NCBI RefSeq assembly: GCF_006345805.1
Contig: NC_043001.1
Span: forward strand, 110,174,001-110,238,000
Source of the DNA: Octopus sinensis
Lineage: Eukaryota
Direction of reading: 5' to 3'
Length of the DNA stretch: 64,000 bases
The first letter of the stretch is position 1, and each line of letters opens with the position of its first letter. The notes under the pieces are model-generated. The model was not told the DNA's origin. It saw only the letters and a program-made list of their open reading frames with translations, and searched no databases. Shown here one piece after another: positions 41,400 to 54,928 of this stretch. The translations under genes and the position numbers were made by a program.

Positions 41400-42760
41400 A
41401 TCTTTAGACATCCCACTATGTAGATTATGAAGGATGTAGTGAAAGAAGATATTTCAAGCTTTTACTTACAAGATATACTACGATATTGCTCAGCAAACTC
41501 CCAGGGCTTTATCTGACAAACATATGTTTACTGATCTGAAACAAGAAGCTCCAGAATTCACTCGAGTGTTTGTGAGCGCGGTTTGGAAAGTTCAAGAAAC
41601 ATTCTGATATCTGTTACAATCAGATGGCTTTATAAATCAGTAAGTGCTGACATGCTGCTATAGAACATACAGCAAAAGAGATCTCTATTGTAAAATAAGT
41701 TATACAGCCACTAAACTTGATTTAGAGTGACGTGGGATTAATTTGGACACGTTTATCCTCTATCACTTTTAATTTAAAGAAGGAAAAAGGGTCCTGAGAA
41801 TAAAGCAGTAAAAGGATAATATCATAAACATGACTGGTAGCTTGAAATATAAACGCTTCGTGATTGTCGTTCTGGTTATCCAATTACAATGAAAAGCGTC
41901 TCCAAATCTCGCCTGCCAAAGGAATAGAAGTCTAACTGAAGTGCTTGAGTTACACAGAATTTCCTTGAATCCTAATGATTCCCTGCACTGCTCTGCTTTG
42001 CTGCCAAATGTTACTGTAATAAGAATTTCGGAAACCAGGAATTGACTGTTTTAGAAAATGTTTTAGATCAGCGTTCCGATATCCATTTACTCTAACCTTG
42101 TATACGTGTCGAAGTAGTTTTTTTTTTTATTCCAGAGGGTTTATGGATCAATGAATTATTTCCGTTCTGTTCGACGCATAGCTTAAAGTACATCAAATCA
42201 GTTGATTACTACGGCTGATCAAAATTACCAGGGCTTCAAATTTCTCCAAAAATTACGTTGCATAACAATGAAAGCAAAAACCGATAAAAGTGCTTGAAAA
42301 GAAGCTAAACACACATATCTTATTGGGGATTGGAATAATCTATATCCATTATATTCCAGTAAAATCAAAGGATAAACTACAATCAGTCACAACTTGTACA
42401 AATTTCGTAGGTATTGGTGTTTGAATAAGGATTTCTTACATCCGGATAGCGAGATGTTTATCAAAGAAAATCTCGGTGAGTGAACAGGATCGTAAATGTT
42501 ACGAGCTGGTAGTCAACAGGAGCTTAATTATGCTAAAGATAATCTACATAAAATTCTTAATGGATTATCCCCGATTTAAAGCAGCTTTCAGATTTTGAAA
42601 GAAGAATGAAAGTTGAAGGGTCATTAACGGAAGTAGAGAAGGCATATAGACTTGAATGACGCAATTTTAAAAGGGAATGAAAGCAGTAAACCATGAAAAA
42701 TCTTTACTTCAAGAAAACTTATAATGAAAAGAGCAATATTGCAAATAATGTTCAGTATTT
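41400..42760 (+). pseudogene. possible highly decayed L1/Tx1-like ORF2 (endonuclease region)
   Basis: Fragmentary frames: DISSFYLQ(E)I resembles the APE 'DI..LQET' motif, and RYWCLNKDFL...FIKENL resembles the post-endonuclease 'YWKLN.SLL' motif. Many stops and frameshifts. Confidence 0.3.
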
Positions 42761-43226
42761 AGCATTCCTAATTGGTTGAATTATCTAAAGTAATCAAAAA
42801 CACACGCGCGTGCACGTGCACGCACTTGTACATACACACAAATGTATATGAATGTATATATGCAGATTGAAGGATAAATTGATAGATATATATGTTTCTA
42901 TCTATATATATATATAGTACAGATGTCTATATGTATATGTACGTATTCTTCAATTAACATATTTTGTTTGAAGGAGCATTCCTACATAATTCCTATTTTA
43001 TTAAATTACGCATAATTTGGTTGAAAGAATGTTTTTATGCAAGTATAGGCATTGGGGGCGTCCAAACTGTTAAACTATGGTGTATATTTCAGTAATATTT
43101 TAACATGCTCTGATAAAGAAGTTTCTGATGGCGGAACAAACAAACAGTGGTGAGACATATTAATTTCGTTAATCGAGGAAGCGGTTATGAATATGTATAT
43201 GTGCAAATGTACATGTATATATATAT

Positions 43227-43257
<31 letters not shown>

Positions 43258-43299
43258 GTGTGTGGTGTGGTGTGTGTGTGTGTGTGTGTTTGTATATAT

Positions 43300-43350
<51 letters not shown>

Positions 43351-43572
43351 CATATATACATATATATGAATATATATATACATATATATACATGTATACA
43401 CACACACATATACAAATACATATATATATTTTTCTGTCTATTTATCTATCCATAAATATATATATATATATTGTTAATCTAAATATGAAACACAAAGAGA
43501 AAACACAACAACGCGAGGACGTGGAACAAGTATAGTGTTATTGCACGCTCAGGAAAGAAGGAAAGAAGGAGG

Positions 43573-43606
43573 GTTTACCGTTTCGGCCGGAGCTTTCGTC
43601 AGAAAC
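43573..43606 (-). ncRNA. degenerate minimal hammerhead-like motif (duplicated at 44713-44745)
   Basis: Reads GTTT CTGACGA aagctccggcc GAAAC GGT AAAC. Core boxes and stem I GTTT/AAAC are present; the cleavage triplet is not NUH and stem II is imperfect. Confidence 0.5.
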
Positions 43607-43718
43607 ATAGGAAAAGGAAAGATCCAAAGAAGGGAAGACAGGAGGAAAAAAATCGCCAACGGTACACACGCGGTCACATTTTCAATATATATATCTAACG
43701 TTCCAGAATCGAAAATGT

Positions 43719-43754
43719 CTTTAACGTCTCGAGCCTACGCTCTTCCACAGAAAG
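43719..43754 (-). ncRNA. degenerate minimal hammerhead-like motif (also at 44859-44894; related copy at 17455-17491)
   Basis: Reads CTTT CTGTGGA a GAGC gtag GCTC GAGAC GTT AAAG. Stems I and II are perfect, but both core boxes are altered. The 17455 copy keeps GAAAC-GTA-AAAG. Confidence 0.5.
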
Positions 43755-43799
43755 GAAGACAGAAAGAAAAAATATATACATGTATATATATATACATAC

Positions 43800-43857
<58 letters not shown>

Positions 43858-44324
43858 ATGTACCTTATATAACATACATATGTACATATATGCACACATT
43901 TAACTTTATATATATATGTGTGTGTCTGTGTGTGCGTGTGGTGGGTGTAATACCCAATAACGCAGCTCTCATTCCTAGTTATCAATGCATTTATCTGTAT
44001 AGCTACTAATCTTTTAGCAATCTTATAAATATCACTATCTCAATCTCAGCGTAGTATATTTATATTTGCGCACTTGCATACGTACCTATACACATACATA
44101 TGCATATATATACTTATATATATATATATATAAACAAAACGTACACACATATATATATAATGTATTTGTAAATCTATCGATTTATGTACAATATATAGAA
44201 GTGTGCGTATACGTCCATAATATATGCCTACAGGTATACACACACACACACACCTAATATATAATATATATATATATATATATATAAATGCAGATACATA
44301 TATATACATATATACATGCAGATA

Positions 44325-44361
<37 letters not shown>

Positions 44362-44388
44362 ATATATATATATATATATATTATATAT

Positions 44389-44428
<40 letters not shown>

Positions 44429-44436
44429 TATATACC

Positions 44437-44496
<60 letters not shown>

Positions 44497-44943
44497 CATA
44501 TTACATATATATGAATATATATATACATATATATACATGTATACACACACACATATACAATACATAATATATTTTCTGTCTATTTATCTATCCATAAATA
44601 TATATATATATTGTTAATCTAAATATGAAACACAAAGAGAAAACACAACAACGCGAGGACGTGGAACAAGTATAGTGTTATTGCACGCTCAGGAAAGAAG
44701 GAAAGAAGGAGGGTTTACCGTTTCGGCGGAGCTTTCGTCAGAAACATAGGAAAAGGAAAGATCCAAAGAAGGGAAGACAGGAGGAAAAAAAATCGCCAAC
44801 GGTACACACGCGGTCACATTTTCAATATATATATCTAACGTTCCAGAATCGAAAATGTCTTTAACGTCTCGAGCCTACGCTCTTCCACAGAAAGGAAGAC
44901 AGAAAGAAAAAATATATACATGTATATATATATATATACATAC

Positions 44944-45001
<58 letters not shown>

Positions 45002-45398
45002 ATGTACCTTATATAACATACATATGTACATATATGCACACATTTAACTTTATATATATATGTGTGTGTCTGTGTGTGCGTGTCGTGGGTGTAATACCCA
45101 ATAACGCAGCTCTCATTCCTAGTTATCAATGCATTTATCTGTATAGCTACTAATCTTTTAGCAATCTTTATAAATATCACTATCTCAATCTCAGCGTAGT
45201 ATATTTATATTTGCGCACTTGCATACGTACCTATACACATACATATGCATATATATACTTATATATATATATATATAAACAAACGTACACACATATATAT
45301 ATAATGTATTTGTAAATCTATCGATTTATGTACAAATATATAGAAGTGTGCGTATACGTCCATTAATATATGCCTACAGGTATACACACACACACACA

Positions 45399-45437
<39 letters not shown>

Positions 45438-45472
45438 GCAGATACATATATATACATATATACATGCAGATA

Positions 45473-45572
<100 letters not shown>

Positions 45573-45928
45573 CTGCATGTATGCAACAATGGATATATAT
45601 GATGTACGTAGCTGGTAGTATTCGTATGACTACCTATACGGTAAATTCAGCCGATGGGAAAACAATTATTCACATGCGCTAGCGTTAAACTTACAGAAAT
45701 TATTCGCTAGAGTAGAAGATGATAAAAAGAAAGAGAGTCAAATCTGAGCAACGGCAAGAAATGAACGGAACGAATAAATAGAAAGAAAACAAGCGAATGA
45801 AATATCAATTCCAGGATAGACCCTCTCAGATTCAGAGAGTTGCGATTCTACGTATTATATTATATTATTTATTATATTATTGCGTATAGCTACATAGCTC
45901 ATATAATACATACATACATAATACATAC

Positions 45929-46002
<74 letters not shown>

Positions 46003-46149
46003 TAATATATATGGGTGGTCATGGGTAAGAGTAGGTGGATGGTTAATAATAAAGAATGTATGATTTCAAGCGCAAAATAAACGGTAGTGAGTAGAGGCTA
46101 AAGAGATATTACATACTGCATATATATAATATATATATATATATATATA

Positions 46150-46192
<43 letters not shown>

Positions 46193-46886
46193 ATATGTAT
46201 GTATATATATAATATATATATATATATAGTATATATGTATATATGGTATATATATGCATAGATGCATACCTATATGTATATCTGATGTGTGGAGACTAGG
46301 CGATAGATCTGATGTATTCATTTGATGTCGAATACAAAGAGGAAAAGAGAAAAAAAGAAGGAATTTTTCCTAAAATTCGATTATTCTGCTAACAGGATAA
46401 TTAGCGTCCTAGAAATTTTTTTTCCCTCATTCACTTCTTGTCTCTTACGCATAGTCTTTCCCTTACTCTCCTAGATTATACCTATGTTCCGCTCTTTTTT
46501 TATATATCTGTACGAACTCAGACACACTAAGCATACAGACATATACACTTATATATATTATATATATATTATATATATATATCTATATAGATATATTATA
46601 TATATATTATATATATATAGATTATATTATATATATGTGTGGTGTGTGTGTGTGTGTTTATGTATATATATCAATCTATAAATTGCTATTTATTTCCCTT
46701 TGTATATGTTTTGTGTATGTGTGTGTATGAGCATCTCAAACAGTGGAGGGCACCGAAAGCAAGCAGAAAATGTGTGTAGTACACAGAGTCATTCTCGTCC
46801 CCAGTGACGCTGTACTTCTATTATTTACATTGTTGTGTCTTATGGTACATAAAAAACATTCATGTAAACAATGCAACAGATGCATG

Positions 46887-46946
<60 letters not shown>

Positions 46947-47037
46947 TTTACATATATATATATATTACATATACATATTATATCTATTGTATACACACAT
47001 TACACAGACACACACACACACACCCACACTATATATA

Positions 47038-47079
<42 letters not shown>

Positions 47080-47193
47080 CACATGTTACATGCAGGCGCA
47101 TATGTATCTGTGGGGGGTGTGTATGTATACACTTACGAGTAATTCTCTTACTTTCGCTTTCAGTTTTCTCTGTTTGCATGAGTAGGTGTATAT

Positions 47194-47239
<46 letters not shown>

Positions 47240-48214
47240 CGTGTGAGGTTGTGTAAGTATGTATGTATAGCTGTATGTATAAGTGTAAGCATGCACCATA
47301 TTATTTTATCACCGGAACCACCCACCGATACAAATATCAGTATATATATACATATATACAGTTATAGAAACTCGCGCGTGCTTGCGGCCCCATACTCAGA
47401 CTCGACGTCTCTAGCACCTTCCTGGCTTTGTATTTATATTTTTCTTTTAATTTATTGCTTTCATTACATCACCGTCTCTCATCATACTTATCGTTTCTTT
47501 GTCATTTTCCCACACATTTCCTATCTATTTCCCCTTCTCAACAACATACACAAACGCAACATTGTGCATACACATACAATCACACACCGTCTCGCACAAA
47601 TAAGCATACAGAATATCCTACACAAAATTTGTCTGTAAGTATGTCTACTACACATATATATGAATGTGTATATATGTGTATATATATATATATATACACA
47701 CATATATATGTACGTTAGCCCATATGTGTGCCAGTACGCACGCGTTTATATGTTTAAAGTATATACGTATCTTCGACGTTATTTGCTTTCCCGCGGCGCA
47801 GTCACTTCCTAAAAAAAACCTATACAACTTTAAAGCCAGTCGCAAATGTGATGTTGAGACTTTAATGTTGGCGAATAGGATTTGAGTCTTTCTTTCTCAC
47901 TTCCTGAAATGGTGCCATTTCAAAACATGCCATTTAGAGTACGTTAGAGATATACGTATGATCAGCACTGTTTGCTTTTCTATCGGTAAAGCAACCGATA
48001 ATATTTCTGACTTTTTTTTTTGTTTTTTATTTTGTGTTTTGCCTGGTTTTCATCTTTCTTACTCTGTGTTGATAAAAACGCCTCTCCACTGTTTGCACAC
48101 AAATATTAAACATTATACACGCATACACACATATATGTACGTATGTTATATATATATATATATATATATGATTATATATATATATATATATATGTCTGTG
48201 TGTGTGTGTATGTG

Positions 48215-48250
<36 letters not shown>

Positions 48251-48271
48251 ATTGTCTATAATATATATATG

Positions 48272-48362
<91 letters not shown>

Positions 48363-49010
48363 ATTATATATTATATATATATATATATATATTATTATAT
48401 ATGTATAAAGTAAAGTGAACATATACAAATATGGCTTCATACATGTAAATATTTATATGTAACTATAAGAATACGTATATTTTGTTCAATCCAGCTTCTA
48501 TCTGTCTGTCTGTCTCTATCTCTGTCCCTCTCGCTATATATGTGCGCGCGTGTGTGTGTGTATGTGTATACACTTACGCATACATAATTACGTTTATGTA
48601 TGTCTGTATGTCTGTATGTATGCATGTATATATGTATGTATGTATATATGTATGTATCTATCTACAAGAAATTTCAGAGAAGCGATTATGTCGATTTTAT
48701 TGACCGTAGTGCTCAAGTGGTATTTATATTGTCAATCGGCGTCATTTAAAACTCAGGACATAAGGACAGCCGAAAGGCCGCTATGCAATTTGTCCTGCGT
48801 GGACACGATTCTACCTGCTCGCCACCTATTTATGAAACACACATACAACAGTCACCAAAAAAGTGAGAACTCAATGCTTGTTGGTAGAACACAAATTATA
48901 TGTTATTAGTCACAATTGAATGCGACATATTCTCAATAAGACTTGAAGTTCGACGAAATAAACAGGTAATGTGGTCTGAGTTTTATTTTTCAAGTAGTTT
49001 TATCGTATAA

Positions 49011-49397
49011 ACTATCAGTATCGCCCGGCGTTGCTCGGGTTTGTAAGGGAAATAACTATAAAACATTTTTAGAGAGTTATAGCCAAAAAATAGCAAAAAA
49101 TGCATTAAAAATGGAAAAAATATGATGGTATTTTTTTTTTAAATCGTTGACTCATCGTAGACATCTTTAGAGAGTTACTTCCCTTTAAAAAAATATGCAT
49201 TAAAATGGAAAAAATGATGGTAAATTATTTTTAAAATCGAAGACTCGTCGTAGACGCGCGCTGATACACAGAAGGGCTCGATATGAATCACGACTATAAG
49301 ATACTCGGTTTTGGTTAAACTGTACCGCAAAATGTGGCAGTAGTTAGGAATCTAAATCGGTGTAGACAGACACACAACCTTACTTTTATATATAAAG
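49011..49397 (+). mobile_element. non-autonomous Helentron/HINE-like element
   Basis: 5' end ACTATCAGTATCGCCCGGCGTTGCTCGG is shared with 30731-31126; internal tandem duplication ('atgcattaaaa.tggaaaaaa...tcgtagac' twice); 3' end CAGACACACAACC...CTTTTATATATAAAG. Confidence 0.65.
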
Positions 49398-49413
49398 CTA
49401 TCAAACCATTTAG

Positions 49414-49693
49414 AGTTCTATATTTGAGAGATGAGGAATTATGTATATTATTTACATTATTTACATTTAACGGACATTTGTCATCATCTTGTTTGTTGTT
49501 AACACAACGATTCGGCTGATGTACTCTCCACTCTTCATCAGGTGTCCTGGCGGAATTTCGAACTTCGGTTCTCACTCCTAAGACATTTTTCCAATGTTGT
49601 TGTTGTTGTTTTTGGTGTTGTTATTGTTATTATTATTATTCAGGTTACTGCCCGGAATCGAACTCGGAATCTTGAAGTTAGTAGGACGCGCTT
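49414..49693 (-). mobile_element. second composite tRNA-head/(AAT,AAC)n/hammerhead-tail element
   Basis: Head fragment 49693-49641, (AAT/AAC)n, then a tail colinear with 21186-21330 and extending further to ...AATTCCTCATCTCTCAAATATAGAAC. Confidence 0.8.
49501..49546 (-). ncRNA. minimal type I hammerhead ribozyme motif (mutated copy)
   Basis: Reads GACAC CTGATGA agagtggagagtacat CAGCC GAATC GTT GTGTT. Stem I is intact; GAAAC is changed to GAATC and the left arm of stem II is damaged. Confidence 0.65.
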
Positions 49694-49707
49694 GGGGTTA
49701 GTAGCCA

Positions 49708-49990
<283 letters not shown>

Positions 49991-50180
49991 TTTAAAACAA
50001 ACTCATAATTTTCATATGCTTTCTTAAACATTCTCTAGAACAATACTTTGTACAAAACTAAATATATGGCACCCTAGGCATAACACCAACATGAACTTCT
50101 AACTTGTTTGTCTCTTGAGGTCTCTTGGTGAGACTTGGAGCCAACTTGTACAAATACAAAGCAAAATTCAAACATATGAC

Positions 50181-50254
<74 letters not shown>

Positions 50255-50654
50255 TAATAATAGTAATAATAATAATAAAATGTAGCGACTTGTAGCTTAC
50301 TGTGCTGTCTGTGTGTCATTGTGTAAACGATAGGAATACGAAACATAATTGCTTACATGCAAAAGGATAAAACCCACTTCTGTTTATCAGTTATAGTTTT
50401 TATTAAAATATCTGTTTGGAGATGTCGTGTGTTTGTAGTTAGATATTGATATCTAACTAGTTAGTTAAGAAAAAAATTATTGAGATATGGGAACTACAAC
50501 CAAAGAATGTGTTATTGTGTTTATGACAGAGGTAAATTAAAGACCAATCCATTGTTCGGAGTGAAATAAACCAACGCCCGTGAAAATATTAAAACTACGT
50601 CCATGTCGTATAGTTACTTCTTCCTCTAATTTAGTATGATTGGTGTATGAAGGC

Positions 50655-50815
50655 AGTTCAAATTCCGCCGAGGTCGACTTTGCCTTTCAGCCTTTCGGGG
50701 TCGATAAATTAAGTACCAGTTACGAACTGGGGTCGATATAATCGACTTAATACCTATGTCTGTCCTTGTTTGTTCCCTCTGTGTTTAGCCCCTTGTGGGT
50801 AATAAAGAAATAGGT
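50655..50815 (+). mobile_element. partial family D element
   Basis: 'gttcaaattccgccgaggtcgactttgcc...gccccttgtgggtaataaagaaatagg'. Confidence 0.8.
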
Positions 50816-51116
50816 GTATGGAAGGCAGAAGCAGGCCAAAATGTAGGTCAAAAGAACATGGATATGCACTGTTGCACAATCGACACTGCGTTTTAATGAA
50901 AGAGGAGGAGATTGCTGCAGTGCAAAATGTATGTATGTATGCATGTATGTATCTATGTGTGTGTATGCATGGATACATGTATGAATATATGAATATATGT
51001 ATGTATGTATTTATACATAAGCACGCACAAGGCCACGCACTTACTAAAACATGAGTATATGTGAGTGTGTATATACAAACATACATGTACTCTATGTATG
51101 TGTGCGTGTGTGTGGA

Positions 51117-51440
51117 GTGAAGGTGCGTGGCTTAATGGTTAGGGCATTCGGCTCACGAGCGTAAGGTCGTGAGTTCAATTCCCGGCGACACGTTGTGTCC
51201 TTGAGCAAGACACTTTATTTCACGTTACTCCAGTCCAGTCAGCTGGCAAAATTTGAGTAGTACCTGTATTTCGAAGGGCCAGCCTTGTCATACTCTGTGT
51301 CTCGCTGAATCTCCCCGAGAACTACGTTAAGGGTACACATGCCTGTGGAATGCTCAGCCACTTGCACGTCAATTTCACGAGCAAGCTGCTCCGTTGATCG
51401 TATCAGCTGGGACCCACGTCGTCCTAACCGACGGAGTGCT
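51117..51440 (+). mobile_element. SINE mosaic: family E-type head and core with family A 3' half
   Basis: Head and 'tgtccttgagcaagacactttatttcacgtt' as in family E; 'cctgtatttcgaagggccagccttgtca...gtcctaaccgacggagtg' as in family A. Confidence 0.85.
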
Positions 51441-51764
51441 CCTTTGTATGAGTGTGGGTGTGTGTGCGTAGATGTATAACATACCACGCGCTAATATAGT
51501 GCTGCTCATGCTTTGGGTCATAACAGCTTGTTTGGTCGTGTTCCGCGCTAGATAGGAAGAGCATAATGGTGTCCCGTTCATATAAGAATATGTAATAGCA
51601 GTCGATTATACGCCAAGAAAATCGAACTAAGTTCCCCCTCCTAATGAGACTGTTCGTGACAATCGACGCTATATATGTCTGTGATGGCTGACAGATTACA
51701 CCTATTCAGCTGTATAATCTACATGTAGAGTAAAGAGAGTCCTACATCTTAAAGACGGGTCTTT

Positions 51765-52032
51765 TACTCTTTTACTCTTTTACTTGTTTCAGTCATTTGA
51801 CTGCGGCCATGCTGGAGCACCGCCTTTAGTCGAGCAAATCGACCGCGGGACTTATTCTTTGTAAGCCCAGTACTTATTGTATCGGTCTCTTTTGCCGAAC
51901 CGCTAGATGACGGGGACGTAAACACCAGCATCGGTTGTCAAGCAATGCTAGGGGGACAAACACGCACATACATATACATATATAACATATATATACATAT
52001 ATACGACAGGCTTCTTTTAGTTTCCGTCTACC
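51765..52032 (-). mobile_element. family C SINE lacking the head, abutting a family A fragment
   Basis: Colinear with 10141-10420, broken at 'ccgtctacca'. Confidence 0.85.
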
Positions 52033-52272
52033 AGGGAGTGGTGGAGAACTCTGCTGTACTCTTTCACCGCAACTTCCTCTCACTGTTTCTTTCTGTTATA
52101 CCTGTATTTCGAAAGGGACATCCTTGTCACACTGAACCTCTCCGAGAACTACGTTAAGAGTACACGTGTCTGTGGAATGCACAAACACTTGCACGTTAAT
52201 TTCACGAGCAGGCAATTCCGTTGATCGGATGATGAACTGGAACTCTCGTCGTCTTAACCGACGGAGTGCCAC
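52033..52272 (+). mobile_element. 5'-truncated family A SINE
   Basis: Matches the reverse complement of 28044-28300. Confidence 0.8.
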
Positions 52273-53229
52273 GATATCTCAATGTAATCACAGTGGAAGT
52301 GCTTTCTAATTTTAATGGACACCAAAGTAAATATCTCATATAAGATATTTTGCTAAAATGATTTTCTGCAAATTATGTATTCATTCCCAAATGACATATA
52401 AGATAAACGATTGTATGGAATTGATAAATCTTCATTCATATCTGTTCAAGATTTTCAATTTAAAAAATAATACTATCGATGATAGTCTGTTGCACGAAAA
52501 GTCGGATTTCGCAACTCTTTACGCAATCTAACAAAGTGAAATTTATTTTCATATTAGAACTTACACGGTTATAAATACGTTTCTAATATCATATCGTTTG
52601 GGATACAATTACATACACAAAGTTATACATAAATACCAAATGACACAAGCACAAATGAATTCACACACACACACACACACACACCACACACACACGCACA
52701 GAGGGAGACACACACACACAAAAGCACACGCGTTTATACTCACACGAACGCGCAAACGTAATATCTCTGTATTTATATCTACGCACACGTATACATATAT
52801 GTATTAACACACACCAACATACATGTGAAGCTTTTATATATATTCACATGTGTGGGAGTGTGGGGGTGTCTTAGTAAGCGTAAATATGATAGTTGTATAT
52901 GAGATTTCAGTGTACTTGAGTTTTTATTAATGAGGTTAAACATGGTAAAAATGTTTGGCTGATTAAGCAGTTTCTGTTTCAAAAATTCTTTACCGGATTA
53001 ACTTCGACAAAAGTTTCTTTCTTTCTTTGTATATTTATTATTCCTTTCTTTCTATGTATTTTAGCACCGTGTCTATATTTCTAGAACGCGTCTGTGATAA
53101 GTGACATTAAAATTTGCATATCCGTTTCTTTCTGTTTTAAGACTTAGTATGTGTGCACTACATCTTCTAATATGCTCTTACACAAAATTTTAAAACAATA
53201 AAATACCAAAACAAAACAACGCAAAACTG

Positions 53230-53645
53230 GGATCTTCACGGTTTGAACGGCATTTTTAAAAAATAATTTCCACGTAACTAAGCCCTTTTAAACTTCGTAT
53301 ACTGGTAGAATGTGTTTATAAAACATCTTTTTCTCTTGGCTTTATTGAGAAAATTCTATAGTGTGTAAGATATTTGTTGTTTTTTCTCTTCAATTTCTGC
53401 AATTTCAACGAATCACTGACGTGTATTGAGGTAAAAAACATTTTGTGCAGTATGAATATGTCCCTCGTTTAAGGAACAGATTGGGTTTATTTACATTTGT
53501 GAAGAAAAAAGATACCGTTCCCCCACCCCTCACCCTAACCCTAAAACAGATTGAAATGCAATAGATCGATACTAGGGTCATAATTATGGGTGACAATTTC
53601 ATATGACACCGCTAGAAAAAACTGCCGTTCAAACCGAAAAGATCC
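53230..53645. mobile_element. MITE-like element with ~23-bp terminal inverted repeats
   Basis: GGATCTTCACGGTTTGAACGGCA (53230-53252) vs TGCCGTTCAAACCGAAAAGATCC (53623-53645), with 2 mismatches; no ORF inside. Confidence 0.75.
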
Positions 53646-54237
53646 TGCCTTTATACTAAACTAACAAAAAAAGAAACAACAAAATTTAAACAAAGCAAAA
53701 CTGGATTATATTATTGTTTGTGATATTTGGCTGCCATATCTAGCAGGTCGAATGAGAGCGTCAAGACCTCCTTTGCTGGTTCGTTTATGTGTTTGTTCAT
53801 TCATGTGTGTGCGTGTGTGTGTGCGTGTATTATTTGACTTTCTTGTTTTCAGAGTGCGGAAGTAAAAATTTAAATTTCAGCATAGAACATCAAAACATGT
53901 TTCTATATAAATGAATATTAAGTTACATGTGACCTTTAAAAAACATTAAAAAAACATTTCTATAATAAAATATTATAGTGTATCCTATTTGATAGGTGGC
54001 AACTAGTAATAATTAGTAAGAGGCTATGTAATCAAAATAAGCAAAACTCGAATAAGGTCAAGGCGACACATTTTGTTTAAGAAAAAAACTCTGTAAAGTT
54101 GAGTAAGGAACGATACAACCGGAAATTGCTCGTTAGATCGACTCTGAACTAGACGTGAATTTTCCTGCTTTTGATTCCTCTATGAACTTGTGCATGAATA
54201 TATTGTATGTATTTTTGTTTATATAATATATGTCTGT

Positions 54238-54480
54238 GTGCAGAAGCACGCCGAGCAAAATGCTTACCGGCATTTCGCCTGCCGTGATGTTCTGAGTTCA
54301 AATTCCGCCGAGGTCGACTTTGCCTTTCATCCTTTCGGGGTCGATAAATTAAGTATCAATTACGCACTGGGATTGATGTCCTCAACTTAAATCCTTTGTC
54401 TGTCCTTTCTTGTCCCCTATGTTTATCCCCTTGTGGGCAATAAAGAAATAAGAAACGTTAGATCGCCGGGCGAAATGCTT
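54238..54480 (+). mobile_element. family D element
   Basis: Colinear with 36745-36980. Confidence 0.8.
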
Positions 54481-54517
54481 AAAACATAATATATTCTTGT
54501 GAAAATAATATATGTGT

Positions 54518-54790
54518 GTGGATACGCAATGGCCCAGTAGTTAGGACAACAGTTGTAGGTTCGCGGTTTCAATTCCCAGGCTAGGCGTTGTGAGTGTTTA
54601 TTGAGCGAAAACACCTAAAGCGCCAAGAGGCTCCGGCAGGGAGTGGTGGAGAACCCTGCTGTACTTTTTCATCGCCACTTTCTCTCACTCTTTCTCTATG
54701 TATCTGTTGTACCTGAATTTCATAGGGCCAGCCTTGGCACACTCTGTGTCACGCTGAAACTCCCCTAGAACTACTTTAAGGGTATACATG
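54518..54790 (+). mobile_element. family A SINE, 3'-truncated
   Basis: Head and body match 8845 and 28044. Confidence 0.82.
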
Positions 54791-54807
54791 ATTAATGTTG
54801 CTGTAAG

Positions 54808-54928
54808 TTTAGCCCCAGGAGACATCGTCTCCAGCTGGCAATACGACACTGTCTGTGTCCTTATATTTTCTAATAAGGACACAGGTCGTGTTTATAGCCA
54901 GCTGGAGACGATGTCTCCAGGGACTAAA
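54808..54928. mobile_element. short palindromic MITE-like element
   Basis: The arms TTTAG(C/T)CCC(A/T)GGAGACATCGTCTCCAGCTGGC...CTGTGTCCTTAT pair around a short loop; a partial second copy lies at 17718-17757. Confidence 0.7.
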
